DNA of 64,000 bases from Prasinococcaceae sp. CCMP 1430 (lineage: Eukaryota > Plantae > Prasinodermophyta), in NCBI GenBank assembly GCA_013416795.1, contig RQSC01000026.1, positions 667,213 to 731,212 of the forward strand, read 5' to 3'. The notes beneath the pieces were generated by a model. That model had not been told where the DNA came from. It searched no databases and saw nothing but the letters and a program-made list of their open reading frames with translations. This document shows, one piece after another, positions 44,094 through 55,615 of the stretch (position 1 is its first letter; each line of letters begins with the position of its first letter). The position numbers and the translations under genes were made by a program.

Positions 44094-44612
44094 CTAGTCC
44101 TCGAGCGCCTTCCTCAGGTTGGCGCCAGCGAGGACCAGGTTGATACCAAAACCGAGCGCAGCCTGCGTCTTGTCCAGTCCGAGGTTCTCCCTCTGGTACG
44201 CGCATATGCCCGCCTGGGCCGCGTGTGCGCCGGTGCCGACCCACGCCAGCTTCCTGCGATCGTCCTTCGAGAGCGACACAGTGCTCATCGCTCCATGGAC
44301 CGCACTCAGCCCGGCCAGATGAGCAGAGCACCACTGCGTCGCGCCCTTGTGGCTGTTCGACATCACGCTGTCGTTGTAGAAAGTCTTGTTCGCCCTGGAG
44401 GGGTCCAGGCCGGTTGCCAGTGCGTACGCACCGTACATGGCGCTCTGGGCAACCATGAGCCTGTCACAGTCCTGGTGCAGATGGGTGTCAGCTGCGCAGC
44501 CACGGCGCTCGGGTCGAGCGCGGCGGCTCGAGTTGGGCAGAAATTGCGCGCAGCGCAGCGGCGTCGGAGGCGCTGGCCGAGCCTCGCATTGTCGCACCTC
44601 GAACTTGACCAT
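44094..44612 (-). CDS. Small hydrophobic protein of unknown function (~130 aa); join(44612..44598,44471..44094)
   Basis: ATG, 5-codon exon, GTGCGA donor, GCTGAC branch site, CAG acceptor; open second exon with hydrophobic helices. Confidence 0.65.
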   Translation of the reverse strand: MVKFEVRQCEARPAPPTPLRCAQFLPNSSRRARPERRGCAADTHLHQDCDRLMVAQSAMYGAYALATGLDPSRANKTFYNDSVMSNSHKGATQWCSAHLAGLSAVHGAMSTVSLSKDDRRKLAWVGTGAHAAQAGICAYQRENLGLDKTQAALGFGINLVLAGANLRKALED

Positions 44613-45324
44613 GGCGCCTCCCGGGTGTGAACGCGTGCGCGGCGAGCGTCGGTACGGAGCGATGAGCAGGCGTGCGAGTGCTCGAGGTGCGCGGAGTGGC
44701 ACTCGCCCGCGTGCACCGCCGCCCCGCCCGCGCCGCCCGCCCCGCCGGCAAAGCGCAGCAGCGCAGGCTCGTCCACGTGCCGCACGTGTGGATCCTTTGC
44801 AGCGGATAATGCTGACGTGGCTCGTATCTGCACGCAAATTAACGAAGTCACCGGCGAGCACCGCCGTGCTGACGTCGGCAGCGTGTTGATGACGTGTCCG
44901 CCGAGTCACGAGGGGCGCACCACCGCACGACATTCGCCGCTGGCACCCTGCACGCCGCCCCTGCTCCAAGCTCGCCGGCGGCGCGCGCGATGGGCAACCC
45001 ACCTGCTTGTCGCGCTTGCAATTGCGCGCGCGCGCTCATGGTAGCAGGCGCGTGCAGCCCACGCGACGCGCCCGCACGCGCTGCTGGCGTGGCAGCGCAT
45101 CGAGGGACGTAACGACCAGTGGATGAAAGGACGATCAAAATGCGCGCTGCAAAAATTGGGCTTAATTAGCACGCGCGGCCATCATCGTAGCTCGCTTTCC
45201 CGTGGCCCACATTGATTCAAACGCGAGGGCTTCACGTCGCGCGGCGGTAGTAGGCGTCCGGTCTCCGTCGGGCGGGAGTGCATGCTGCGGCGCGTTGAAG
45301 GCCTGGCGCGGAGCGTGTGCTGTG

Positions 45325-45450
45325 CGCATGCGCATGTGCAGCTGCACGTGCATGTGGAGCTGCGTGTGCATGTGCGTGTGCATGTGCGTGTGCATGCGCG
45401 TGTGCAGCTGCAGCTGCAGCTGCATGTGCACGTGCATGTGCATGCAGCAC
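45325..45450. repeat. Low-complexity (GTGCAT/GCAGCT)-type simple repeat, self-complementary
   Basis: Directly visible alternating purine-pyrimidine tract. Confidence 0.8.
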
Positions 45451-45875
45451 GCAGAAAAGTGCCTACCTGGTATCATACCGATGGTGCCATCGGAGCGCTG
45501 CCGTCCCTGACTCCAACCGCAACCCGACCCTTCTCATCAGCAGGCACGGGCGCCGCTCGCGCGTTCACGCATGGGCGCCGTCCCCGCGGCGACCGACGCA
45601 GGTCAAATCACACGCCGCTGTGGGAGAAAGGAGAACCTAACTGCGTAAAAACCGCAAATGTCGCGCGGAGTCCGACCGCCGCGCTGCGTCCACACGTTTG
45701 GGTCGCGGCAGCGCAGCTTCCGCGGGGCTCGCGGTGACAAGAGCGGGTGTGTGTGTGGGGGGGGGGCGCCCCTGGCGGGCGCGGCGCTGCCTGGGGGCGC
45801 ACGTATCGCCCGCCGGTGCCACACCGCCGGGTCTGCGCGCGCGCGCCGGTGCTCGCCCGCCTGGTCGCTGCAGTG

Positions 45876-47654
45876 ATGGCGCGCCCACACGCGCCCCGGG
45901 CCCTCAGGCCGCGCCGAATGCTGTTGGCTGCGGTGTTCAGCTGCGCCGCTGCGTGCGCGGCGCTTGGGGGGGCAGTGGAGTGCCTCGCCGCGGTCGAGGC
46001 CCCTGCGCCTGGCCCGCTGCCTGGGCGAGCGAGAGTGCCTTCCTCCTCTGCAGGCGTGCCGCTGCCACCGCGGCGGACGACGGCCGGGGGCGCCGCCGCC
46101 CCGGGCACCGGCGACGGCGAAGGCCCCCTGCGGATACTTGTCGCGACCAGCTCCATGCCAAGTCACGTGTTCTTGGCGGTGAAGCTCGCGCGGGCGCTGG
46201 CCGACGCCGGTCACACCGTCGAGCTGAGCGCGCCCGCCGGCAAGCCCGTCGCGTCCGCCATGCGCGAGCTCGCAAGCGCGCCCTCAAAGTCGATTTCTGT
46301 GGTCGCCATTGGCAAGGCGAGCAGCACAAAGCCGGCATCGGAGCGGCACGTGCAGAATGCGGCGACGTACGCGACCTTCTGGAGCAGCCTGTTCAAGCCG
46401 CTGAAGGTCGCGGGGCAGCTCGCCACAATGAACGCCGAGCTGCAGGAGGAGCTGTACCAGCCACTGCTCGAACGGCTCACAGACCCAGCGACGCGCCCCG
46501 ACGTGGTTGTGGGGACGCACTCGACACTCTCGGCTGCCACCGACGCGGCTGAGCGAGCCGGTGTGCCGGCGCTCATGCTGCAGGGCTTCCCTTTTGACCC
46601 TGCTCACGGCAACGGCTTCCGCAATGGGACGTGGCGCGTCCCTCGCGCGCTGTCTGTGCTGCCGCACACCGGCATGTACCCTGCCAAGCCCCCTCCTGGC
46701 GTCGCCGGGCTCATGCAACTCTTTTGGTTGCGACTTGACGCCGCCCTATTCGAGTTTTGGATGCGCCATCAGGGCGCGGTGGAAGTCACCTCCAAGCTGC
46801 GCCAAGAGCGCGGGCTGGATCCGATAGTCGACAGTGCGAACAGCGGCTCGTTCCAAAAGGTAGGCATGCCGTCGGGCAACGTGCCGGTCATTGCACTTGG
46901 TGGAGAGCCCTTTCTGGCCGGCGAATACCCAGTGCCACCGCAGTACACGCTGGTGGGCGCGCTCGACGACCGGCGCGCGGCGGTGGGGATCAGGGACGAC
47001 CTCGGGGACGACCTCGCGGACTGGCTGATGTCGGCCAAGAAGTCGTCGGGGAGCAAGGTGGTCCTAGCCGCATTTGGCACGGGCACTGAGCTCAGCGCAG
47101 CCGAAGGCGCAGCGCTCTCACGGGGCCTCGCAGAGCTCGGCGAGCGGCACGGGGTGCGCACGCTCCTGAGCCTGCGCGCGTCGGAACAAAAATTCCACTT
47201 CGCAGCGCTCGAGGCAGCTCTGGGCCCTCCATCGTATCTAAGTGAGGCTGACGCCGACGGCGCCGTGACTGCCGAGTTCCTCGGCGGCGCAGTGCGCATG
47301 CAACCTCGCGTGCCGCAGCGTGCGGTGCTGCTCTCAGGATTTACCGACTTGTTCCTCTCTCACTGCGGGTTCGGATCTACTTCTGAGAGCTTCACCGCTG
47401 GCGTCCCTCTCCTCGCGTACCCGGCTGGGCTCGATCAGTGGTGGAACGCACAGCGCTCTCGTGAGGCCGGTGTCGCCCGCTTTGCGCCGACGGGCTTGAA
47501 GGGCCTGGCTGAGGCGGTGCGAGCGGCGCTCGACGACGACTCTCTGCGCGAGGGCGCACTGCGGGCATCCGAGAGCCTTGCGCGTCAACGCGGCCCCGCA
47601 AAGGCCGTTGAGGCGGTGGAGAACGTTGCGAGGGCGTACCGCGCCGAAGCTTGA
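45876..47654 (+). CDS. Family GT1 UDP-glycosyltransferase with N-terminal hydrophobic leader
   Basis: RILVATSSMPSHVFLAVKLARALADAGHTV; UGT signature VPQRAVL...FLSHCGFGSTSESFTAGVPLLAYPAGLDQ. Confidence 0.9.
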   Translation: MARPHAPRALRPRRMLLAAVFSCAAACAALGGAVECLAAVEAPAPGPLPGRARVPSSSAGVPLPPRRTTAGGAAAPGTGDGEGPLRILVATSSMPSHVFLAVKLARALADAGHTVELSAPAGKPVASAMRELASAPSKSISVVAIGKASSTKPASERHVQNAATYATFWSSLFKPLKVAGQLATMNAELQEELYQPLLERLTDPATRPDVVVGTHSTLSAATDAAERAGVPALMLQGFPFDPAHGNGFRNGTWRVPRALSVLPHTGMYPAKPPPGVAGLMQLFWLRLDAALFEFWMRHQGAVEVTSKLRQERGLDPIVDSANSGSFQKVGMPSGNVPVIALGGEPFLAGEYPVPPQYTLVGALDDRRAAVGIRDDLGDDLADWLMSAKKSSGSKVVLAAFGTGTELSAAEGAALSRGLAELGERHGVRTLLSLRASEQKFHFAALEAALGPPSYLSEADADGAVTAEFLGGAVRMQPRVPQRAVLLSGFTDLFLSHCGFGSTSESFTAGVPLLAYPAGLDQWWNAQRSREAGVARFAPTGLKGLAEAVRAALDDDSLREGALRASESLARQRGPAKAVEAVENVARAYRAEA

Positions 47655-47988
47655 TTTTTGTAAGACATTTGTACACTGCACTGCCTTACGGCTCGCCGCT
47701 CGCTCTTCGTGCGCTGTGTGGCAGCGTTGTCGACGGCACGCGCCACGCAAGCGCCGCAGAAAAATGCCCCCCCAAAACACGCATGGGAAAAATCCGTGAC
47801 CGCACACGTTGTAGTGGGCAGCGCGCCACAACGGGCGCGCCGCGCGTTGTGGCACGGGCGCCGCCGCTCCGCCGCGTGCCTGCGGGCTGGCGCGTCCCGC
47901 CAGGCTCTGGCGCGTGCCGCCAGCCTATTATTGAGTCAGAGCGCGCCCCATCCGGCCCGCCTCTGTTCTGTGGGCAGCGCACGGCGCG

Positions 47989-48906
47989 ATGCGCCGCGCG
48001 CCCCTTGCGTGCGCTGCGTCGTCGCCGCGCGCGCTGGCGGCGGGCGTCGCCTGTCTGCTCGCCCTTTCTGTGTCCGCATCGGCCGACGCGGCCGCAGCGC
48101 CGTCAGCAGCCCCGCTGTTCCTAAGTGTCTGCGGTACGTGCACGTTCTACGACGTCGGCGGCGTGCTGACGCGCGAGCCGCCGCCGTGGGAGTGTCCGGA
48201 TGGAGAGAATTGCTGCGGAGAAGCATGCGACTGGCTGAACCTCTTCGACTGTCCCAACTGCGGCGATCTGAGCTCGCTTGCACAGAATGTCTTCAAGGGC
48301 ATGGACTCACTCCAATTCCTCGACCTGGCCAACAATCGGCTCAGCTGGCTCCCGGCGGGGACTTTTTGGGGGCTGAGCGGGCTGGAGACGCTGTGGCTGT
48401 CTGACAATGACGCGATGATATCGATTGAGCAGGGCGCGTTCGCGGGTCTGGGGAAGGTCGTTACGCTGAGTCTGTGGTCCAACAACCTGAGCTCGCTGCC
48501 GGCGAACGTTTTCGCCGGCATGGGCTCGCTGGAGACACTGTGGCTGAACAGCAACGCGCTGACGTCGATCGGGGAAGGTGCGCTGGATGGGCTCGAGAAG
48601 TTGCGATGGCTGTCTCTCGAAGACAACATGCTCGCGTCGCTGCCGGGCGGACTCTTCGTCGAAACGCCTGGGCTGATGCGGCTATGGTTGAAGGACAACG
48701 TGCTCGCAGGCCCGCAGCCGCCGGGACTGCTCGCGCCGCTGGCGAATCTGACGCGGCTCGACATTAAAGGCAACGGCGCGACGCTGTGCTTCCACGAGGT
48801 GCCGCCGCTGCTCAACGCGGACGCGTGCTTCGAAGGCTGCGGCTTTGATGACCCTGCAGAGCTGCTGTGCGCTGCGCCGGCGCCACTGAACGCGCCGGGC
48901 ATCTAG
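47989..48906 (+). CDS. Secreted leucine-rich repeat protein (24-aa typical-class LRRs)
   Basis: Signal-like ALAAGVACLLALSVSASA; Cys-rich cap; about seven LxxLxLxxNxLxxLPxxxFxGL repeats. Confidence 0.88.
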   Translation: MRRAPLACAASSPRALAAGVACLLALSVSASADAAAAPSAAPLFLSVCGTCTFYDVGGVLTREPPPWECPDGENCCGEACDWLNLFDCPNCGDLSSLAQNVFKGMDSLQFLDLANNRLSWLPAGTFWGLSGLETLWLSDNDAMISIEQGAFAGLGKVVTLSLWSNNLSSLPANVFAGMGSLETLWLNSNALTSIGEGALDGLEKLRWLSLEDNMLASLPGGLFVETPGLMRLWLKDNVLAGPQPPGLLAPLANLTRLDIKGNGATLCFHEVPPLLNADACFEGCGFDDPAELLCAAPAPLNAPGI

Positions 48907-49335
48907 TAGGGACCTAGGTCCCTGCAATGCCCTCTGGGACGCGCACACGCGCACGCAGTAAGAACGTCGAATTATTCGCGGCAGTCAAAGCGATTGCAAC
49001 TTGGGCTTCGCCTTCGCACCCTTCTTCTACGAGCACGCTCACACACCCGCGACCCTGCGCAGACGCGCTGCGACGTCGTCCTCGACGACCACGGCTGCGG
49101 CTGCAGCGGCGAGACGTATGAGCCGATCCATGCGGCGTCTGAGCTGAGCTGCGGGGAAAAATATGTATTCTAACCCTATTGAAAACCTAATTGCAACGAA
49201 AACCTGAACTGCTGGCTGGGGCGCGCTGGCGGGTGTGGGGGCGCGCGTGTGCTGTGTGTGAGTGTGCTGGTGGTGGCGGTGGCGGTGGTGGCCACAGCGC
49301 GCGCCGCCCTCGCCCTCGCGGCGGCGGTGGCGGCG

Positions 49336-50665
49336 ATGCTCGCCGCGGCGGTGGCGCGCGCGTAGCGCCGCCGCCGATCTTCGACGGCGAGCTCAAGGCG
49401 CTGCACCGCCGGCGCGCGCCAGCGCTCGTCGCCGATCCGCCAGGTGCGCGGGCGCCCCTCGCCCCGATCCCACCCCCTCCCATCCCCCCGCTCGCAAGGC
49501 CGCGCGCGCCCGCACGCCGTCACGCGCGCTGACGCCCGCGCCTGCGCAGGCGGCCGTGCGCCCCTGTCGGACCCGCTCCTGTCGTCCGTCGCCGAGAGCC
49601 TGCTCGACCGCCTGGACGACGTCACGCGTTCATTTCCGCGTGCGCTCTTCGTGGGGGCGCCGGCGGCATACTGCGTCGCGCGCCTGCGCGGGCGCGGCGG
49701 CGTCGAGCTGGGCGCCTCGGCGGCGCTCACCGATGGCGACAGCGACGCCTTCAGATACGCTGCGCGGCTCGCGGGCGGGCCAGGGGCCGGAGCGGACGGC
49801 TTCGCCGTGCTCTCCGGCGGCGAGGAGGCGCTCGCCGATCGCACACTCCTCCCCGACGCCAGCCACGACCTAGTGGTGGCCTGCATGGGCCTGCACTGGG
49901 CGAACGACCTAGTCGCGGCCGTGGCGCACTGCCGGCGCATCCTCAGGCCCGATGGGCTCTTCCTGGCGGCGCTGCTTGGGGGAGAGACGTTGTGCGAGCT
50001 GCGCGCGGCGTGCGCGCTCGCCGAGATGGAACGGGAAGGGGGGGTATCGGCGCGCGTGTCGCCCATGGTGCGCGTGCGCGACGGGGGAAATCTGCTCGGC
50101 GCGGCGGGCATGGCGCTGGCCGCGGTGGACGTCGACGCGGTCAAGTTTCGCTACGCGGACGCAGCGGGGCTCGTGGAGCACCTGCGCGCCATCGGCGAGA
50201 CGGCCGCGGCGAGCGCCAGGAGGGGGGCGCTGCCACGGGACACGGCGCTCGCCGCCGCAGCAATCTACGCGGCGGACCAGGCAGAGGCAGACGGGGTGCA
50301 TGGTGAGACCACGCGCGCGCGGGGGGGCGGGGGGCGGAGGGGGAGAGGATAACCTTCGATGCGAGTGTGTGTGTTTGTGAGCACGCGTGCATGCGCGTGC
50401 ACGCCCGCGCGCGTCTGCACCCGCGCTGACGACGCTCGCACACACGCGCGCCGCCTCGCTGATGGCCCCCGCGCCCGAGCGCAGAGGCGGACGGCGTCGA
50501 GGCGACCTTCGACGTCATCTACCTCATCGGCTGGGCGCCATCCGACTCGCAACGAAAGCCAAGCGCGCGTGGCTCAGCGACGGTGTCGCTGCACGACCTG
50601 CAGGAGCTCTCGGAGAGGGAGGCCGCCGGCGAGGCGGCGCCCGAGCGGAGCGGTGGCGGCAGTAG
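49336..50665 (+). CDS. NDUFAF5: NDUFAF5-like SAM-dependent complex I assembly factor; 3 exons (introns 49444-49549 and ~50303-~50490)
   Basis: IFDGELK, ESLLDRLDD, LHWANDL, LRPDGLFLAALLGGETLCELR...EREGGVSARVSP and ATFDVIYLIGW motifs. The ATG is out of frame by 2 nt across a (GC)n run. Confidence 0.9.
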
Positions 50666-51055
50666 TCGCGGCGGCGGCGATAGCGCCTAGGCGTGCGCTT
50701 GATGGCTGCACGCTCGTGCGCGTGAGATATCTCCGGAGACGCACGCGGCGTCAAAATGGGCGCGCGCCGACGCGCGCAGAAGCGGGGCGTGCCCACTCCC
50801 ATAATATTGTTGGCCCTGTATTGCAGTTGCGTCACTTGCATGTACTCACGGCACTGCACACATGCACCCAACTCGGACGGAGAAAACTCACTCATGTGCT
50901 CTATGCTGCACGCGCTGCACCTGGTCTTTCAAAACAGACGCCCGCTCGTTAGATTCGCGCGCGTGCCCACGTATGCGGTCTACCACAACGGGAGTGTTTG
51001 GAGCTAGCCTCTCATAGCCATTGGGTGGAGCAGCGCGCGCGAGCTTGGCGCTCGC

Positions 51056-54000
51056 TCACGCCACCTGGTTCTCAGCGAGCGCGGCGCGCGTAGCGCGGCC
51101 CTTGCTGCCGCGCGTCGCACGGCGCGCAGGGGCTGGCGATGGCTCGGCGGGAGTCGGTTCGTTCTCGTCGACGTCCACCACCTCCTCATCGCTCTCGACA
51201 ATCTCGCCTTCGTCTTCGCCCTCACTCTCCACCTCGCTGTCGCTCTCACTCTCCTCGCTCTCGCTTTCTTCCCACGGCTGGCGCGCCTTGGCCTTACCCT
51301 TGCCGCCCGCCCCGCCACGCCCGCTCCCGCTGCTGCTGCGAGAGCTGCGTGTCGACGTCGATGGCTTCGTTCCGTCAAGGTTGCCAATCGCCGCCTCGAG
51401 CGACTCGAGCGCCTCCTCAGCATGCGCGGCCATGTCGGCCTCGTGGTCGTCCTGGGCGCCCTCAGAAGCAGTTGCGTCGCCCTCAAACGCCTTCGCGAGT
51501 GCAGCCTGCGCCGCTGCGACCTCTTTGGCGATGATCTTGTCCGCCCCCACGGCGCCCGCAGCGGCCTCCAGGGCAGCGGCGAGCCCAGCGGGCAGTGCGA
51601 CGCCGGGCGTGGTGGTCGCCGCTGCGGCACTGAGCGCGCGCGCGCATTGCTGGCGGTGCGCCTTGGTGGCAGCGGTCGCAGGCACGCACGCCACCTCTCG
51701 CGCGAGCGCCAGCGCAAGGCGCGCGCCGGAGGCATTCGTGGTGCCCTCGCCGTCGGCGCCCGCGTCGGCGCGCACGATGCTCGCAGCAAAGCGCGCCACT
51801 TGCGTTGCGTGGCGACTACCTCCAGCCGCTGCCGCGCGCACGGCCGGCAGGAAGGCATCGGCAGCAACGTCGGCGTGGCCCGCAGAAGCGCGGGCGAAGG
51901 CGTCGAAGAAGACCGCGAGGCACTGGCGCAGGCGCGGCAGCTCGGCGGTACCGGCGTCGAAGTAGAGAAGCACCAGGCCTCCGAGCACCTTGTGCGGGCT
52001 GAGCTCCTGCGGAATGCGCCCCCAGAGGAGCAGCTTCGCGAAGCCCTCAGCGGTCACCGCCTGCAGCTCGCCCGCATGCCCCACGGCGTCGCCCGCAGGC
52101 AGGTCGTCCTCGTCGCCCTCCTCATCTTCGATGGACGACGCAAGGCCGGCAGCGAGCTCCTCCAGGAGCGCGCGGCGGCACTCCGGGAGCGCTGCGTCCG
52201 CGTCCGCCTCGGATGCTTGTGCGAGCAGGCGATCCAGCGTCGCGGGCTGGAAGAGCAGGCACATGTCCATGAGGGGGCGCGCGGCGGCAGCACGCACACA
52301 GCGCGACTCGTCGCGCTGCGCCGCGAGCAGAGCCGGCGCGTGCGACGCCCAGGCATCGGTCACACCGAGCACGAGCGCGGCACCAAGAGCGCGCGCGCCC
52401 GCGGCGCGACAGAGCGGTTCATCCCGAGCGGCCGCAGTGGCGGCGAAGCGCGACACAGCCGACGCAAGCTGTGGCGGCAGCGAGCGCATCGAGTTGGGCG
52501 ACATGCACGACGCGGCAAGCTCCACCAGCCACGCGCAGCGCAGCCACACCCACGCGGGGATGTCTGCTATGGCATCGGCGTCCTCCTCGGCCTCCGGATA
52601 AAAGCCGTGCGCGGAGGAGAGGGCCTCCACTGCGTTGACGATCATCGCGCACTGTTCAGCGCCGCCGCCGAGGTGCTTGGCGGCGCCAGCGACGGCGAGG
52701 TCGAGCGTGCGCTGTTCCTCAGAGCAGCGCAGCTCGCCAGCGGGCCCACCGGCTGCCGGTGGCTCGCACGCGAGCATGTCGCGCACCAGTTCGGCGCCAG
52801 CGCGCATGCAGGTCGCATCGCTCACGTCTGCGGCGGGCGTGAGCGCCAGCAGTTGCGCCGCCTGGAAGCGGGCGCCGGCAGCGGCGCACGCGCGCGCGCA
52901 ACCGAAAATGTCTGCGGTTGCCGAGGGCATGACGCCCTCGAGCGCCTCAAGCAGGCGCTCTGCAGCTGCCGCAGCGACGGCCTGCACGCCGCCGCCACCG
53001 CCCGCGCGCGCAGCGTCGGAGCCGCGCTCATGGCCACCGTTGTGCAGCGCGAGCGTAACCACGCGCCAGTAGAGCGCCGCTTCGGGCGTGATGGGCGCAG
53101 CGCCTTCGGCGAGCTCGCCGTTGGCCACGGCGGCGCATGCAGCGGCGAGGCCGCCCTCGGCTTTGGACGCGTCAGCCACGGCATTCACATCGATGACGCC
53201 CGACTCGTAGAGCTCGGTCACGACGGTTGCGGCCACGTCTGTGTGCGTCTCGACGTCGAGCATGGCGAGCAGCTTCAGCACGTCGCCGCTGCAGTGGTCG
53301 GCCAGCCACGTCGTCTTGAGCAGCTCGGCGGCCGCCTTCCGCGTGGCGGGCGCACGATCGCCCAGGCCGTGGCGCAGGACGGCGGCACGCTGCGCGATCG
53401 AGAGCGCGCGCGGGGTGGCTTTGGACGCCAGCACCATGAAGGCCATGCGGCGCACGTCGTCGGCCACGTCGCGCACGCGTTCGACCACCGCGCCGAGCGT
53501 GGAGTCGGCGACGGCGATCGACGCGAGGACAGCCTTGCGCACGTCCTTGTTCTTGTCGGTGCGCAGCAGGCGGCGGAACTCCGTAGTGACGTCGTCCTCC
53601 GAGAAGTCGCCCGAGTCGCCGGGCTCCTGCAGGCGAGCGAGCGCGCGCACCGCCTGCGCGCGCACGGGCGGGTGGCGGTCACGCAGGCGTCCGAGCATCG
53701 CCTCGCGCACGTCGTCGTAGAGCTCGTCGGAGAGCTCGGCCTCCTCATCGAGCGAGTTCATGACCTGCGAGATGAGCTGCGCCGCGCGGAAGCGCACGGC
53801 CTTGTCCTTGGCCGCAGCCACGGAGACCAGGAATGCGAGGAAGGTCTCGGCGAAGTCGTCGGCGTCCTCCTCCTCGCCGGCCTCGCGGCGCGCCGCGAGC
53901 GCGCCGCACAGGCGCACGACGCGCTCGGCGCCCGGGTCGCGCGCGCCGATGACGAGCACGAACTTGAGCGACTCGACGAGCTCCTCGGTGAACGCAGCCG

Positions 54001-54126
54001 CGCCGCCCTCGGTCGCCGCGCGCCGCGCCGCGAGCATGCCCACGTACTTGCGGTGGCCCGCCATGGAGCGCTTCGCCTCGTTGAACACGCGCGCCACCGG
54101 CGTCGTGCCGGCGGCCCCGGCCGCGG
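51056..54126 (-). CDS. NCAPG: Condensin I subunit CAP-G (HEAT repeats); 5' end in gap
   Basis: AKDKAVRFRAAQLI, RLRDRHPPVRAQAVRALARLQ, DKNKDVRKAVL, RVRDVADDVRRMAF and EGFAKLLL...LRQCLAVFF motifs. Confidence 0.92.
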
Positions 54127-54939
54127 NNNNNNNNNNNNNNNNNNNNNNNNNNNNNNNNNNNNNNNNNNNNNNNNNNNNNNNNNNNNNNNNNNNNNNNNNN
54201 NNNNNNNNNNNNNNNNNNNNNNNNNNNNNNNNNNNNNNNNNNNNNNNNNNNNNNNNNNNNNNNNNNNNNNNNNNNNNNNNNNNNNNNNNNNNNNNNNNNN
54301 NNNNNNNNNNNNNNNNNNNNNNNNNNNNNNNNNNNNNNNNNNNNNNNNNNNNNNNNNNNNNNNNNNNNNNNNNNNNNNNNNNNNNNNNNNNNNNNNNNNN
54401 NNNNNNNNNNNNNNNNNNNNNNNNNNNNNNNNNNNNNNNNNNNNNNNNNNNNNNNNNNNNNNNNNNNNNNNNNNNNNNNNNNNNNNNNNNNNNNNNNNNN
54501 NNNNNNNNNNNNNNNNNNNNNNNNNNNNNNNNNNNNNNNNNNNNNNNNNNNNNNNNNNNNNNNNNNNNNNNNNNNNNNNNNNNNNNNNNNNNNNNNNNNN
54601 NNNNNNNNNNNNNNNNNNNNNNNNNNNNNNNNNNNNNNNNNNNNNNNNNNNNNNNNNNNNNNNNNNNNNNNNNNNNNNNNNNNNNNNNNNNNNNNNNNNN
54701 NNNNNNNNNNNNNNNNNNNNNNNNNNNNNNNNNNNNNNNNNNNNNNNNNNNNNNNNNNNNNNNNNNNNNNNNNNNNNNNNNNNNNNNNNNNNNNNNNNNN
54801 NNNNNNNNNNNNNNNNNNNNNNNNNNNNNNNNNGGGGGACGCCGGCCGCGTGAGCGGCGCGGCCCGCGACGTGAGGGGGAGGGGGGGCGGGCGGGCAGCG
54901 TGAGCGCGGGCGCGGGACACCGTGCGCGCAGGGGGAAGA

Positions 54940-54985
<46 letters not shown>

Positions 54986-55167
54986 CGGCGGAGAGAGGGA
55001 GACGTCGGGCGCGCACTTTTTCGCGCCCACTGCGCGCGCGCGGGGCGTGGCGCGCGCTGGCGCACGGGGTGGGTGTTGGGGGCTGGGTGGGTGGGGGGTG
55101 CGTGTGCGCGTAGGCGGGAGGGCGCGCGCGCGCGCGTGCGCGCGCGGCGCCAGCGCCGGCGGCAGCC

Positions 55168-55577
55168 ATGGCGAAGCTCTTCGGGGCGCGCAGCCAGAGC
55201 TCAACGTCGATCGAGTACGAGCAGCTCGGCAGCGACTCCTCTTTCAGCAACGGCATCGCCAACGGCGACGGCGGCGATGAACACACCATCGATGTCGACG
55301 AGGCGCTCATGCAGACAGGGCCAGATGGCCTCACATATCAAGAGGCGCAGGTGAGGGAGAGATGCGCGTGAGCATGCCCGCCGAGCACCGCTCGCGCTGC
55401 AGCCGCCGCTGCGGCCGCGGATGCCGCGCACATCGTGCGCACCGCGACACCTGCAGAGCGCGAGCTGAAGTGCGCATGCGCGCGTGCACGCGAGCGTGCG
55501 CGTTCAGCATCTTCCGCTCCAGAGCGCCCAGCCCAGTGTAGTCGCTGACGCGCGAACACACGCGCACGAACACACAA

Positions 55578-55615
<38 letters not shown>

